A DNA stretch of 64,000 bases from Octopus bimaculoides (lineage: Eukaryota). Both the position numbers and the translations under genes were made by a program. The notes under the pieces were generated by a model. That model made no database searches. It was given only the letters and a program-made list of their open reading frames with translations, and was not told the origin of the DNA. The stretch lies in the NCBI RefSeq assembly GCF_001194135.2, contig NC_068981.1:92763268-92827267 (forward strand). Reading direction: 5' to 3'. Below are positions 53,031-64,000 of this stretch, piece after piece (position 1 is the first letter of the stretch; every line of letters begins with the position of its first letter).

Positions 53031-55989
53031 ACATGTGGACGTTTTCTGTTTTCTATTGACGCACATACTGGTGGTTTCTATTCCCATACTTGTATTCCAT
53101 GGTTTCTAATTTCTTTTAAAAAGTATAGCATCATCTGTAGTTATCATTACTTTTTCCTGGTGTATTTGATTATCTTTTCGCAACCTCTACATAGACTGCA
53201 CTTACTCTTTGTGTATTCTATTTTATTATTGATTTTAGATTTTCTGGTGAAAAGACATCAATATTCAAGTGTTGAAATCCTGCGTTTCCATGCTAGTCTG
53301 GGATTTTCCTTTATCCCTTCTATCAATTTGTTAATTCTTACCAGATACTGGTAGTGAATAGTTTGTTCATATCAACGACTCATAATGACATTTCGTAATT
53401 TCACTTTCACTACAGTTCATAACCTTTGAATAGTTTCTGTTTTTCGCTACCCAAGCTATTCACAGTTGTCTGTCACATTAGCTTCTGATTCATATTTCTG
53501 TTTACTTTCTTGAAGACAGTAAACTGTTTCTGTCTTATTTTGTTATTATTTGTATTATTGTAATAATTTCTTTTTACTCTTTATTAGATGTGCTTCATTC
53601 ACAACAGAAGAAATTATGATCTTCTCACTGAAGAATACCTCTACTTGTTGTATTAAGGGTATATATAATCATAATCTGCATGTAGTGTATTGTAAACGCA
53701 GTGATTAGTTTCATGTATTAACCTATTACGTTAATATTTATTGCCAACCCCTTTCTGTCATTAATGTGTACTGCACACTGTAAATTATTCATTCCACAGT
53801 ATTTGTAATTTTATCTTGTCTTTTAATTCTCTTGCCTTTCCTTATTCTATAGTTTTCATTAGAGTCTTCACTTTAAGGTCTTATGCGATGACTTAGATAC
53901 GGTATATATTAATAGCGATTTCGATATTGTAACTACGAAATCCACCTAATATATACTGACGAAAGTAATATTGAGTATTTGTACGAGTATCAAAAGCTGC
54001 ATTTGAGTAATTAAATCTAAAAGCTTTATATTTGCACGCCACGCCTATTTTTCAATATCTCGGCAAAGATTTGTCATAAATAATAATGGAAACTACAGAA
54101 TCGATGAGAAGTAAAGCTCCTATAGAAGGGTTGATATATTGAAATAAAGCGTAATGCATACGAAATTTTAGTACTATGTCCTTGTGAAATACCGATTGAA
54201 AGATTCGGATCAAAGTGCTCGGAAATATGTTGGTACTTCTAAACAGGGTCTCCGTTACAGCACAAATCTGTGCAATACATTTTAGAGGGAGTTGCTAGTA
54301 GGTTAATCAGTTTTGATTAATATAAACCATTTCAAAGAAATGATTATCGTTATCTGGTAGTTGTCTTATGTGCAGTGGGTTCGGTTCCGCACAGAGTGAT
54401 CGTAGGTTCATTTCTTGTAATGACACCTGCTTGAATATTGAAAAATTTTCTAATCAACCGGTTGGTCATGAATCCAAAAGAAGTGAAGTTGAATCAAATG
54501 TTTATATAGAGCTAACACCGTCATTATACGCTTGGAATATACGAGATGTTAAGCATCTAAAAAGCCAAGTCTATGCAAAATTGTGTCTGCAGCTGGCTTG
54601 ACGTGAAACAGTTTGATTGTTTGTTCACTTTATGCAGAATGGGCTAGTTACACATATCACATTCTTCCTCAGCTGCCATGTTATCGATATGAATGGTTGA
54701 AAATTTTTACTCATTTAATGTTCGGAAATATGTTAATGCAACACTAAATACAGCTAGAATCTAGACAGACTTTTAATAGTTGATATATATGATCATTTTT
54801 TGTCATACATATCTTTGACAGAGATGAAAACTTGAGCGAAACGTGTACCAGACGAAGCAAGGATCTTACCTGGATGTTGCCAGGAGCTAGCAGTTCTCCA
54901 CCGGTTGGAATATACGTCCAGTGGGACGTGAAATCATGTGTTTTTTAAACGGAATAAGGATAGGCATGTCCTGTAGTTTTCTAAGTAAATGGTAATTCAT
55001 CTATGTATATAATTGTCACATTTGTGGGGGTCTTGCAACGTTAAGGAAAATATTTCTTTCAAACACACCGTACTGAATGGAATTGTGAGATAAACTCTGT
55101 AGGCACAATTTGAGTCTGGTGGACCTATACAACACAGGGAAAGCAATGAAATCATTCTCCATACACTAGACATCGTCGTTGGTTTGTGGTAGTTAGTTGA
55201 GTATGTTTTACCGTCCAATCATATCTTGATCAACTTTTTCAAATATCAAGTCAAAATAAATGCGAGTGTGGGGACGAAGGTGTATAGTAGTTTTGATAGT
55301 AGTTTTTTTTTATATGAAAGCTATAATTCTATTACCGGTGACAATTTATATTCTGCACATGCAGTTTCAAACAGAAAATAACTAACTCTGCAAAAACACT
55401 TGCGGTTCTTAGAGAAATCCTTTCGTTATCTGATGTTTACAGATCAGTCCTAGCTCTCCTAATTCTTCCTTATAACGTATACATTTGTCGCACTCGCAGC
55501 AATAATGAGCAGCTTATTGTTTCGGCTAGAGTGGGCGTTTGTATGTATGGGCATATGTATTAAATATGTATGGGGGAAGTATAATTCTTTGCTTACCATC
55601 TTTATTTATCTTTGTTTTTGTTCTTCTTTTTCTGTCCCTTTGTTTCTATAATAACCCTTCTTTTCTATTTCAGCACTCAATCTCTTACACTCTATTTCTC
55701 ACTTTTCTTTGTTTCCCTCATTCCTTATCCTTCCCTACCCATTTATATCTGGCAAAAACGCAAGGCTTGTGTGTCTCTGCGCATGAATGCGCACTTGATA
55801 GCCTCTCTTGACCATAAAAAGAATCTGGCTTGCAAATTTAGTATATACAAAATCCAAGTCTCTCACATTTCTCGCTGACAATAGAAAAATTTTATGCACC
55901 ATCGAGCCTATTCATGTCTGACGAACCAGTCAGATGTCGGTGAAACTTTACTCTCATATGTTGTAGATATATACATACAAATCTAGACA

Positions 55990-56080
55990 CATATACACGC
56001 ACACACGCATATACACATACAAATGCACATATTTATATATACATATGCATAGTTATGCATATGTATATAGATGCATATAT

Positions 56081-56127
<47 letters not shown>

Positions 56128-56513
56128 CACACACACGCACACACACACACACATATANNNNNNNNNNNNNNNNNNNNNNNNNNNNNNNNNNNNNNNNNNN
56201 NNNNNNNNNNNNNNNNNNNNNNNNNNNNNNNNNNNNNNNNNNNNNNNNNNNNNNNNNNNNNNNNNNNNNNNNNNNNNNNNNNNNNNNNNNNNNNNNNNNN
56301 NNNNNNNNNNNNNNNNNNNNNNNNNNNNNNNNNNNNNNNNNNNNNNNNNNNNNNNNNNNNNNNNNNNNNNNNNNNNNNNNNNNNNNNNNNNNNNNNNNNN
56401 NNNNNNNNNNNNNNNNNNNNNNNNNNNNNNNNNNNNNNNNNNNNNNNNNNNNNNNNNNNNNNNNNNNNNNNNNNNNNNNNNNNNNNNNNNNNNNNNNNNN
56501 NNNNNNNNNNNNN

Positions 56514-56551
<38 letters not shown>

Positions 56552-56950
56552 TGTGTGTGTGTGCACATCGATGCATGGATATATACAAACGCATGCATTC
56601 ATTCATGTATGTCTATATATATATATGTATACGTATATACATATATGTATATGTATGTATATATATATATGTGTGTGTGTGTATATTTATGTATATAGAT
56701 ATATGTATATATATATATGTGTGTGTATGTATATATATATATACACACATACATATACATATATATACATATACATATATATAGAGATATACATAAATCA
56801 ATGCATGCATTTATATATATCCATGCATCCATGTACACACAGACTCACACATATATATAACCGCGTATGTATGTACATATGTATGTATGTATGTACGTAT
56901 GTATTTATGTATGTATGTACGTATGTATGTATTATCTCATCATATACATG
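55990..56950. repeat. large compound (CA)/(TA)/(TATG) low-complexity block around a gap
   Basis: Direct reading. It is the source of many spurious ORFs. Confidence 0.9.
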
Positions 56951-58569
56951 CTTTTTCTTATGCTAAACATACATGCAGGTACACATTCATGGTTGGATTC
57001 TGGCGTCTGTATTTATATTTCTCATTATGGAAAATATATCTAACTTACATTAAGTGCAGCTACCTCAGAAATGAGTCATAAGATGAGACAGAGTAAACAT
57101 CAATTTGATTCTCCACGTGACACAACAGCAGCGTTTCGGATGATATTTTATTTCTATTTCATTTTTTACTTTTATTTATCGGGATTTTTCATCTGAGAAT
57201 TTATGACAAACGCTTCAGTGTCAATAAATGATGTCATTTTATCAGAAGGTAAAATGGCATTAATGGTTAATAGACAGATGAATAGATATTTACTGCATAT
57301 TAATGTTTCTTGTATGACAAACAGAAACGCATTTAAGTCTATCTAACTGTCTATTTATCTGTCTTCCTATCAGTCATTCATCTATCATTTTTTGAAATTA
57401 TCTATCTATCTGTCTATCTATCTGTTTATCGATCAGAATGCTAGATAGTTACATAAATATGTAACATTAGTGTCACTGTGATGTAAGGCTTAGATATGCA
57501 CGCATGTGTATTTGTGCGTATGTGAATGTGCATGCATATATGTATTGAGGTAGTCAGAGTTAAAGACAGAGACGGAAGAAGTGATGAAGAGGGAAGTATG
57601 TAAACGAGTTATTTTATAAAACGACAACCTAATGAATCATCCGTTAGATATGAAGTGTTTCGACCTATTATGAAGTGTTTCGACCTATATGAATACTATA
57701 GTTACTTAGACATGTTTAATGTCACCAGGGTGAGATGAGTGTTGCCCTGTGTATTATGGAGACGATGGTATATGAACTATTGTATATTTAGTTCGTAGCC
57801 TGTCACCATATCCACAGCATAACAAACAACAGCATGCAACTATTATGACAACGATCAGTAAAGCAACCCGTTGTTAAATACTAGAAAGATCGAATGAGCG
57901 AGAGAAAGAGCAAAGAAAGAGCTACAGGCAAGTGAGAGAACGAGAAGTATAAAGTCTGTTTGAGGCAATGTGAACCTTATTGATAGAGGACAGACTCATA
58001 GATGTTCTGATGAACTAGATCAACGATAGACAATGGTCATTAATGGAGCAGTTAAAAGGAATCATTGTCGTTGTTATTAGTGTCCTTGAATTTGCCTCCG
58101 CCTGATCTATTCTATCGAAAATTCTATAGACAATCATTGTTTGCTGTGATGTACTTGTTGCAGCAGCTGTTATTAATGTCAAAGTAATTAGTAATTTTAT
58201 TTTCATTTTTTTTTTTCTTTTTTACCACTAACAAATTGATAACGTTTGACGAAGACATAAGGAAGTGAGTGGTCACTAAGCAGTTTCCACTTTCTGTTAT
58301 TAAGCACTTTATGTAGGTTTTAATGTCCTAAAGAAAAGCATAAGCGTGTGTAAGTACGCGCACAAACAAACATATATACATTATATATATATATATATAC
58401 ATATAATATATGAGTATGTGCGCATATATTTACATGTATGTACATACCTTCATCTACATGTACATATAGATACATATCTGGGTACATGACGTTGCCAAAA
58501 AATGGACAAAATGATAAACAAGGTACAAAAGACACGCAGGCCACATAGAGAACACATGTACATATGTAT

Positions 58570-58759
58570 GTGCCTGTATTTCAAAGGGTCGGCCTTGTCA
58601 CACTGTGTCACGCTGAATATCCCCGAGAACTACGTTAAGGGTAACGTGTCTGTGGAGTGCTCAGCCACTTGCCCGTTAATTTCACGAGCAGGCTGTTCCC
58701 TTGATTAGATCAACTGGAACCCTCGACGTCGTATGCGACAGAGTGCCAACAACAACAAC
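58570..58759 (+). mobile_element. SINE family C, 3' half (5'-truncated)
   Basis: gcctgtatttcaaagggtcggccttgtcacac...ggaaccctcgacgtcgtatgcgacagagtgccaacaacaacaac. Confidence 0.92.
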
Positions 58760-60074
58760 ATATATACATATACATACATAAATATACATATACATAAATT
58801 TCTCCATTTTGACGGGGATTTTCTCCAATGTTTTTCAACAAAGTTTTCAGGGTGATGGGAGGCAACTTTTCACAAAAAATGAAAAAAAAAAAAAAGAAAG
58901 GAATTTAAAAATTTACTTTTTTTTCACTTCTGCAACCTCCTCAACACATGAGTCTGAAATGATTTTGACCCTTTTTTTTTTTTTTTTTCACTACGCACTT
59001 AAAAGCCGTGAGGGAAACATTTCCGTTTAATAAAAAAATGTTAATAATTTCAGAGGAAAATGTGTGATTTAAGTGAGATCTTGTTGTTGTTTCTAGCACA
59101 TCGCACAACCTCCCTCCTCATTTCTTTCTCACTCACACATCTATAGGTATTTTACTATATTTTTCTCCTCATAAACAAATTTTATAGAATGATAATGTCA
59201 AAGTAGAACACGTATTCCCAACCAAGCGAGGTCGTGTTATGTGTGTGTGAGTAAGAAAGAAATGACTCGTACAATATTAAATATGCTAAGAGAATCTGAA
59301 AACAATAGAAACTTTTAAACGTTTACCGGTTTATATGAAATTTTGGAGATAACGGACTTGAGATAACTGAAGCTAAATATAACGGAAGTTGATTGGTCCG
59401 ATAATGATTTTCGAGGTCAAAGTGAAAGTTGAATCGTTAACGTAAACGTTAACTTCGTTAATTAAAGATTAACGGTTTAGCGGACTTACGCCCAGCTATG
59501 TATGTATATATACATGTATATATTGAAATATGCAACTGAATTCCCTCAAACCCGAACGAATGTTTATTGTTTATTGTAACAGTTTTTTGAATGATCTCTG
59601 AAATGTTATTTCCATAGATACCGTTGTTAGGGCGGATGTCGTTTGCTCTGTTTAATTATGTGATTGCCCTACTCCTTTATGCAAACTTACTGTTCTTGAA
59701 TATCTGTCACAATTATTCTTGCAGGGATGAAATCAATGTTTTACTGACGATCATTTTTTAATTCGGGATAATCAGGCATCAAAAGTTTTGAAATTTTCCA
59801 AGCAGAAAAATTACAGGTGGTAAGTAACAATTGGACAAATCTTCTAATCTCCACTAAAAACATGATTTGGATTTGTTGAGAATATATAAATTTCAATTAA
59901 GTCAACATCTACAACACCATATTCGTTAAATTATGGCATAATACTATCAATGAAAATACATTTTAATGCAGAAGTGGAATGAGGAATCTATCTGTAGCCA
60001 TAAAATTTTACACCCCCATTCGTCATATATAACAGACATATATAGGCATTTGTGTTGACTGTTATCGGACATCA

Positions 60075-60458
60075 GTGGAGGTGCAATGGCCCAATAGTTA
60101 GGGCAGCGGACTCGCGGTCATAGGATCGCGGTTTCGATTCCGAGACCGGGCGTTGTGAGTGTTTATTGAGCGAAAACACCTAAAGCTCCACGAGGCTCCG
60201 GTAGGGGATGGTGGCGAACCCTGCTGTACTCTTTCACTACAACTTTCTTTCACTCTTTCTTCCTGTTTTTGTTGTGCCTGTAATTCAAAGGGTCAGCCTT
60301 GTCACACTGTGTCACGCTGAATAGCCCTGAGAACTACGTTAAGGGTACACGTATCTGTGGAGTGCTCAACCACTTGCACGTTAATTTCACGAGCCGGCTG
60401 TTCCGTTGATTGGATCAACTGGAACCCTCGACGTCGTAAGCGACGGAGTGCCAACAAC
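60075..60458 (+). mobile_element. SINE family C, full length, with a degenerate TSD
   Basis: Complete tRNA-like head and CAA tail. TSD tatcggacatca (60063-60074) / tattggacaaca (60459-60470). Confidence 0.95.
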
Positions 60459-61847
60459 TATTGGACAACAATATTCCAAGGGGCAGCTTCATATAATTCA
60501 ATTGTCTTAGATCGAAGCAGCTTCAGTAAAACTAGATAAAAGCAAACAATGGAAGTTATACAGATAAGACCTGATTACAATGCAGTGGATTAAACTTGCG
60601 ATTAGGAAAATAATATCGTGTCATTCCCTGCAAAGACTTTATATATGAGCTTCTCTATTGCTACACGCTGTTAATTATCATGATCTTTTTTCAGTACCTC
60701 ATGCAACTGTAGTCTTGTGACGTGTTTCCTTTCTTATACACAAGTGAGATCTCTGGCATATCAATTTTCAGTACAAAGCAAAGTCCTTCTGTTCCGGGAC
60801 TGATTTAATGTCCTGAGAATTAAATATTGTGAGATAAATGTCACAGTATCTCATTCGCGTGACTCTAAACTATAAAGCTTAGCATCTGTTCAAAAGAAAT
60901 TAGCCAATATTTTTATTCATGTAGTTAAATCATGCACTCAGGTCTGTGTATTCATTTGATCTGGTATGAAAATCGATATTTTATTTCCAGTGATGTGTGT
61001 GTGTGGGGGGGGGGTGTACATAGCGGGGGTGGCGAGATGTCGCTTTTGATGTTGCTTTCCGGTTGCCAATTGTCTAAGCAAAAAATTTCTTTAATAAGAT
61101 CGCTGTCGTTATTGTTGTTTTCGTTGTTTAGTCCTTGAATCACTTCTGATCGAGCTTACAGTGAAGTCAAAGACACTTCACTGCGATCACATTGTGTCGT
61201 TATAAGTAGGATGGTCAGCAATATCTAATGTGTTATTTCCTTAAAACATTTTGTTTATAATTTCATGGTTATATGTAGCACATTCCACCACATAGTGACA
61301 CTCACTGTTGTTCTCTGCGAATGTCATGTTGAAGATTACTTACTATTGTATTTCTATGTGTTATTTTTGCCTTCTTTTGTATTCTTTATTGTCCGCATTG
61401 CTGCTACCTCTATCATTCTTGCTTTTCATTTCATTGTCGATGAAAAGTTATATCTTTATCATTGATGTTGACTGTTTAGTGTGTTCGATAATGGAACTCT
61501 TTATATTGTCGTTAATGCAAGTCTGGTTCTGTTAGCATTAAAACATTACTTCAGTCGATAACACTCTATATTAGTATTAATAGCAACAGCAGCCACAAAT
61601 GCTATTAATGCTAATGCTAACGCTAACACTACTAAAACACAACATTAATAAATTCTAACATAGGCACCAATCAACATATTTGGTTGAGGTCGATGACCAG
61701 TTACACCGACCCCACTATTTGAGCGGTGCTTTATAACCAACGTAACGATAATAACCAAAGTAAGCTACGATGAAATTTTAACTCGGAACGTAAACAGCTG
61801 GAACAAATACCGTTGCTTAATCGTTTCTGCTTTCCTTCCGCTCGCCA

Positions 61848-62054
61848 TATGAGAGGGTGCTGAAAAGTTCCTGGCTTTAAGGGCATCGCAAAAGGCCTGG
61901 TTGTAAGCCCAATATTCAGTGTTCTTTTACAAGGCTGAGAAAACTTGAAGGTGTGTGAATCTGAGAGGGGCATATGTTGAATAAAATCATAATTAACTGA
62001 TCCTCCTTTATTTTCTATTATCCAAAGAGGGGAACCTTTCAATATGCCCTCGAA
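61848..62054 (+). mobile_element. mariner-derived non-autonomous element (MITE)
   Basis: 5' TIR ta-tgagagggtgctgaaaagttcctggcttt and degenerate 3' TIR ggaacctttcaatatgccctcg. The interior gaaggtgtgtgaatctgagagggcatatgttgaataa resembles the mariner C-terminal KCV..G.YVE*. Confidence 0.65.
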
Positions 62055-62459
62055 ATATTAATACGCCGTCAATTTTTGAAGGGAGAAGTCTAGTCGATGT
62101 ATTCGCCCCAAAATTTGACCAGTGCCTTATTTTACAGTTTTGAGACATGGCCAGTATTCTTAGAGGGTTTAGTTAGTGATTATATCGGACCTAGTCCTTG
62201 TCTAGTAATTTATTTTATCGATCCCGAAGAGTTGAAAATAAAAACTGACATGTACATGATTAATTATAATTCTTTCTACTGTCATAAAGCTTGAAATTTG
62301 GTGGGATGAAGCTAGTAAATTACACCGAACCCAGCGCTCGATTATTAATTATTTCATTGACTCCAGAAAGTACAATAGACGAAGCCACCAAAGCATTTTG
62401 TCTGAGGTGCTCAAGCTTCTTACAGTTCGTCACCTTAAGAATAATCCTTTCTACTATAA

Positions 62460-62643
62460 GCATAAGGTTTGAGGCTAGTCGATTACACCGACTCCAGTGC
62501 TCAAGTGGTATTTATTTCATCGATCTCGAAAGTGTGAATGGCAAAGTTGACCGAGGCAGAATTTGAACTCAGGAAGTAAAGATGGACGAAATGTAATCAA
62601 GCACTTTGTCGAGGTTGCTAGCGATTCTGATATTTCGCTGCCT
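62460..62643 (-). mobile_element. SINE family A
   Basis: agtcgattacaccgactccagtgctcaagtggtatttatttcatcgatctcgaaagtgtgaatggcaaagttgaccgaggcagaatttgaactcag. Confidence 0.85.
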
Positions 62644-62924
62644 CTCCAATTGTGATAGTAACAATAACAATGTCTATCATAGGTACGTTTACGGAAAGGT
62701 GTGTAATCCCTTAAATAGGCCATAGTATTTGTCTTGTCATAATTATCTTGATTCTGAAGGCGGCGAAACAGTGAAAATTACAGCTCAATTTGGTGCACTT
62801 TGAACTCTGAGCGTAAAATTCAGACACAAGAAAGCAAAGCATTTTTTTTTTTGACATTCTATCAATCCATTATCTTATGCAAAGCAATAAAACCGAAACT
62901 TTGCCGGTATTTAATAGTTCTTCT

Positions 62925-63085
62925 AAATTTTGGCACAACGCCAGCAATTCCGTGGGGTGAGAGTAAGTCGATTACTTCACACCCACCCCAAGAGTACGTA
63001 CCTTATAGATCTAGAAAGGATAAAAGGCAAACTCAATTTCCACAGCATTTGAACGTAAAGCGTAAACAAACGCGGAAAATCCCCC
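62925..63085 (-). mobile_element. SINE family A (old)
   Basis: ttttggcacaacgccagcaattccg...aagtcgattac...gaaaggataaaaggcaaa...gcatttgaac. Confidence 0.7.
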
Positions 63086-63154
63086 CAGCTAAAATTTCTG
63101 CCAACACTTCACCTTTCCAATTGTTAATGATATAAGTAAAATAGGCATTTCATA

Positions 63155-63362
63155 CTTTGGCACAAGGCCAGCAAGTTCGGCGAGGTGGGTAGAATGAGTC
63201 GATTACATCGACCCCAGTACTGAACTGGTACTTATTTTATTGACCCCGAAATGATGAAAGTCAAAGTCGATATCGGCGGAATTTGAACTCAGAACATAAA
63301 GACGAACGAAATGTCGCTAGGTATTTTGACCTGCGTGGTAACAATTCTGCCTGCTCGCCACC
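63155..63362 (-). mobile_element. SINE family A, near full length
   Basis: The reverse complement begins ggtggcgagcaggcagaattgttacc and matches 52808-53030 throughout. Confidence 0.9.
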
Positions 63363-64000
63363 TTATACAATTGAAACAATGATTTGTAGCATGAAGTTAG
63401 AGTTAATCGATAATATCATCAGTCATAACTCAATGAAACTAGTTTAAGAGCCCGAGGATAGATAAATTAGTTATTTTAGCATCGACGGAATTTGAATTCG
63501 GAATATAATATGACGTAAGTAAACAAGGTAATACAGGTTTTAGTCACGCCAGGGATTATACTCAGCCGCAGTATCACACCTCCTTCTACTCGGGCTGTGG
63601 CTTTTTGCCGGCTGACAATAATCTTCATCGAATTTATATTAACTAATGTCTTAATCAACATAAACACAGGTTTCTGGCTTACTGTCTTTCTTTCATACAC
63701 CTCTTCACTTTCTAGCTCTCGTTCTCAGATTCTATCTCGTACTGAGTTTCCATCCAAGCTTTATTCAATACTGGAGATGATTCTGCACACACACATACAC
63801 AATATCCAAATCACTATGGCTCACGCTGTGTGTGCCTGTGTAACGAAATAGCGTCGTATTGATTAGCAGATTGCGAGAGCAATTTCATACATAGAGTACA
63901 TATGCATGTCATGAACAAGCAGATACAAACACACATATACACACATGTACACTCACGTATACGCATATATATGTATGTATATATATATATATATATATAT

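Noticed and set aside
55910-55960. Second hammerhead-like motif ctgacga-accagtcagatgtcggt-gaaac
   Set aside because: Stem II is only 3 bp, there is no UH cleavage triplet (ctc), and stem I pairing is unconvincing.
57649-57688. 20-bp tandem duplication tatgaagtgtttcgacctat x2 (similar 16-bp case near 18010-18040)
   Set aside because: An ordinary micro-duplication with no insert between the copies.
60075-60150. tRNA gene-like A/B boxes (also at 43586, 47602 and 8230-8303)
   Set aside because: They are SINE heads that continue into SINE bodies with tails and TSDs, and no complete cloverleaf was seen.
63476-63800. Acidic peptide-like minus-strand stretch (SSPVLNKAWMETQYEIESENES*)
   Set aside because: It needs a frameshift to extend, its acceptor lies in a (GT)n tract, and no protein was recognised.
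1046-63851. Most ORFs in the six-frame track (YIYI, CVCV, HTHT, poly-L/I/T/S/E, X runs)
   Set aside because: They are translations of microsatellites or N-gaps, not genes.

Overview
AT-rich, intergenic or intronic eukaryotic DNA from a gapped draft assembly, with 8 N-gaps that mostly abut dinucleotide microsatellites. The SINE families and microsatellite density suggest an octopus genome; this is an inference. There is no intact protein-coding gene, rRNA, true tRNA or CRISPR array, and almost all ORF-track hits are translations of microsatellites or gaps. The window is mostly decayed mobile DNA: three tRNA-derived SINE families (about 20 copies), Penelope-like elements, R4/Dong-clade non-LTR fragments, an L1/Tx1-type RT fragment, a decayed Tc1-like transposon with DD36E spacing, and a mariner-derived MITE. 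The most notable structures are a head-to-tail stack of 4-5 different R4/Dong 3' ends interleaved with (GAA)n/(CAA)n/(TAA)n tracts, a ~476-bp foldback palindrome, a TA-flanked 1.16-kb element with ~380-bp terminal inverted repeats, a degenerate minimal hammerhead ribozyme, a 130-bp CpG-dense insert at an R4 5' junction, and one plausible 211-bp host exon on the minus strand. All family assignments come from motif recognition by eye, not database searches, and the boundaries of decayed elements are approximate.
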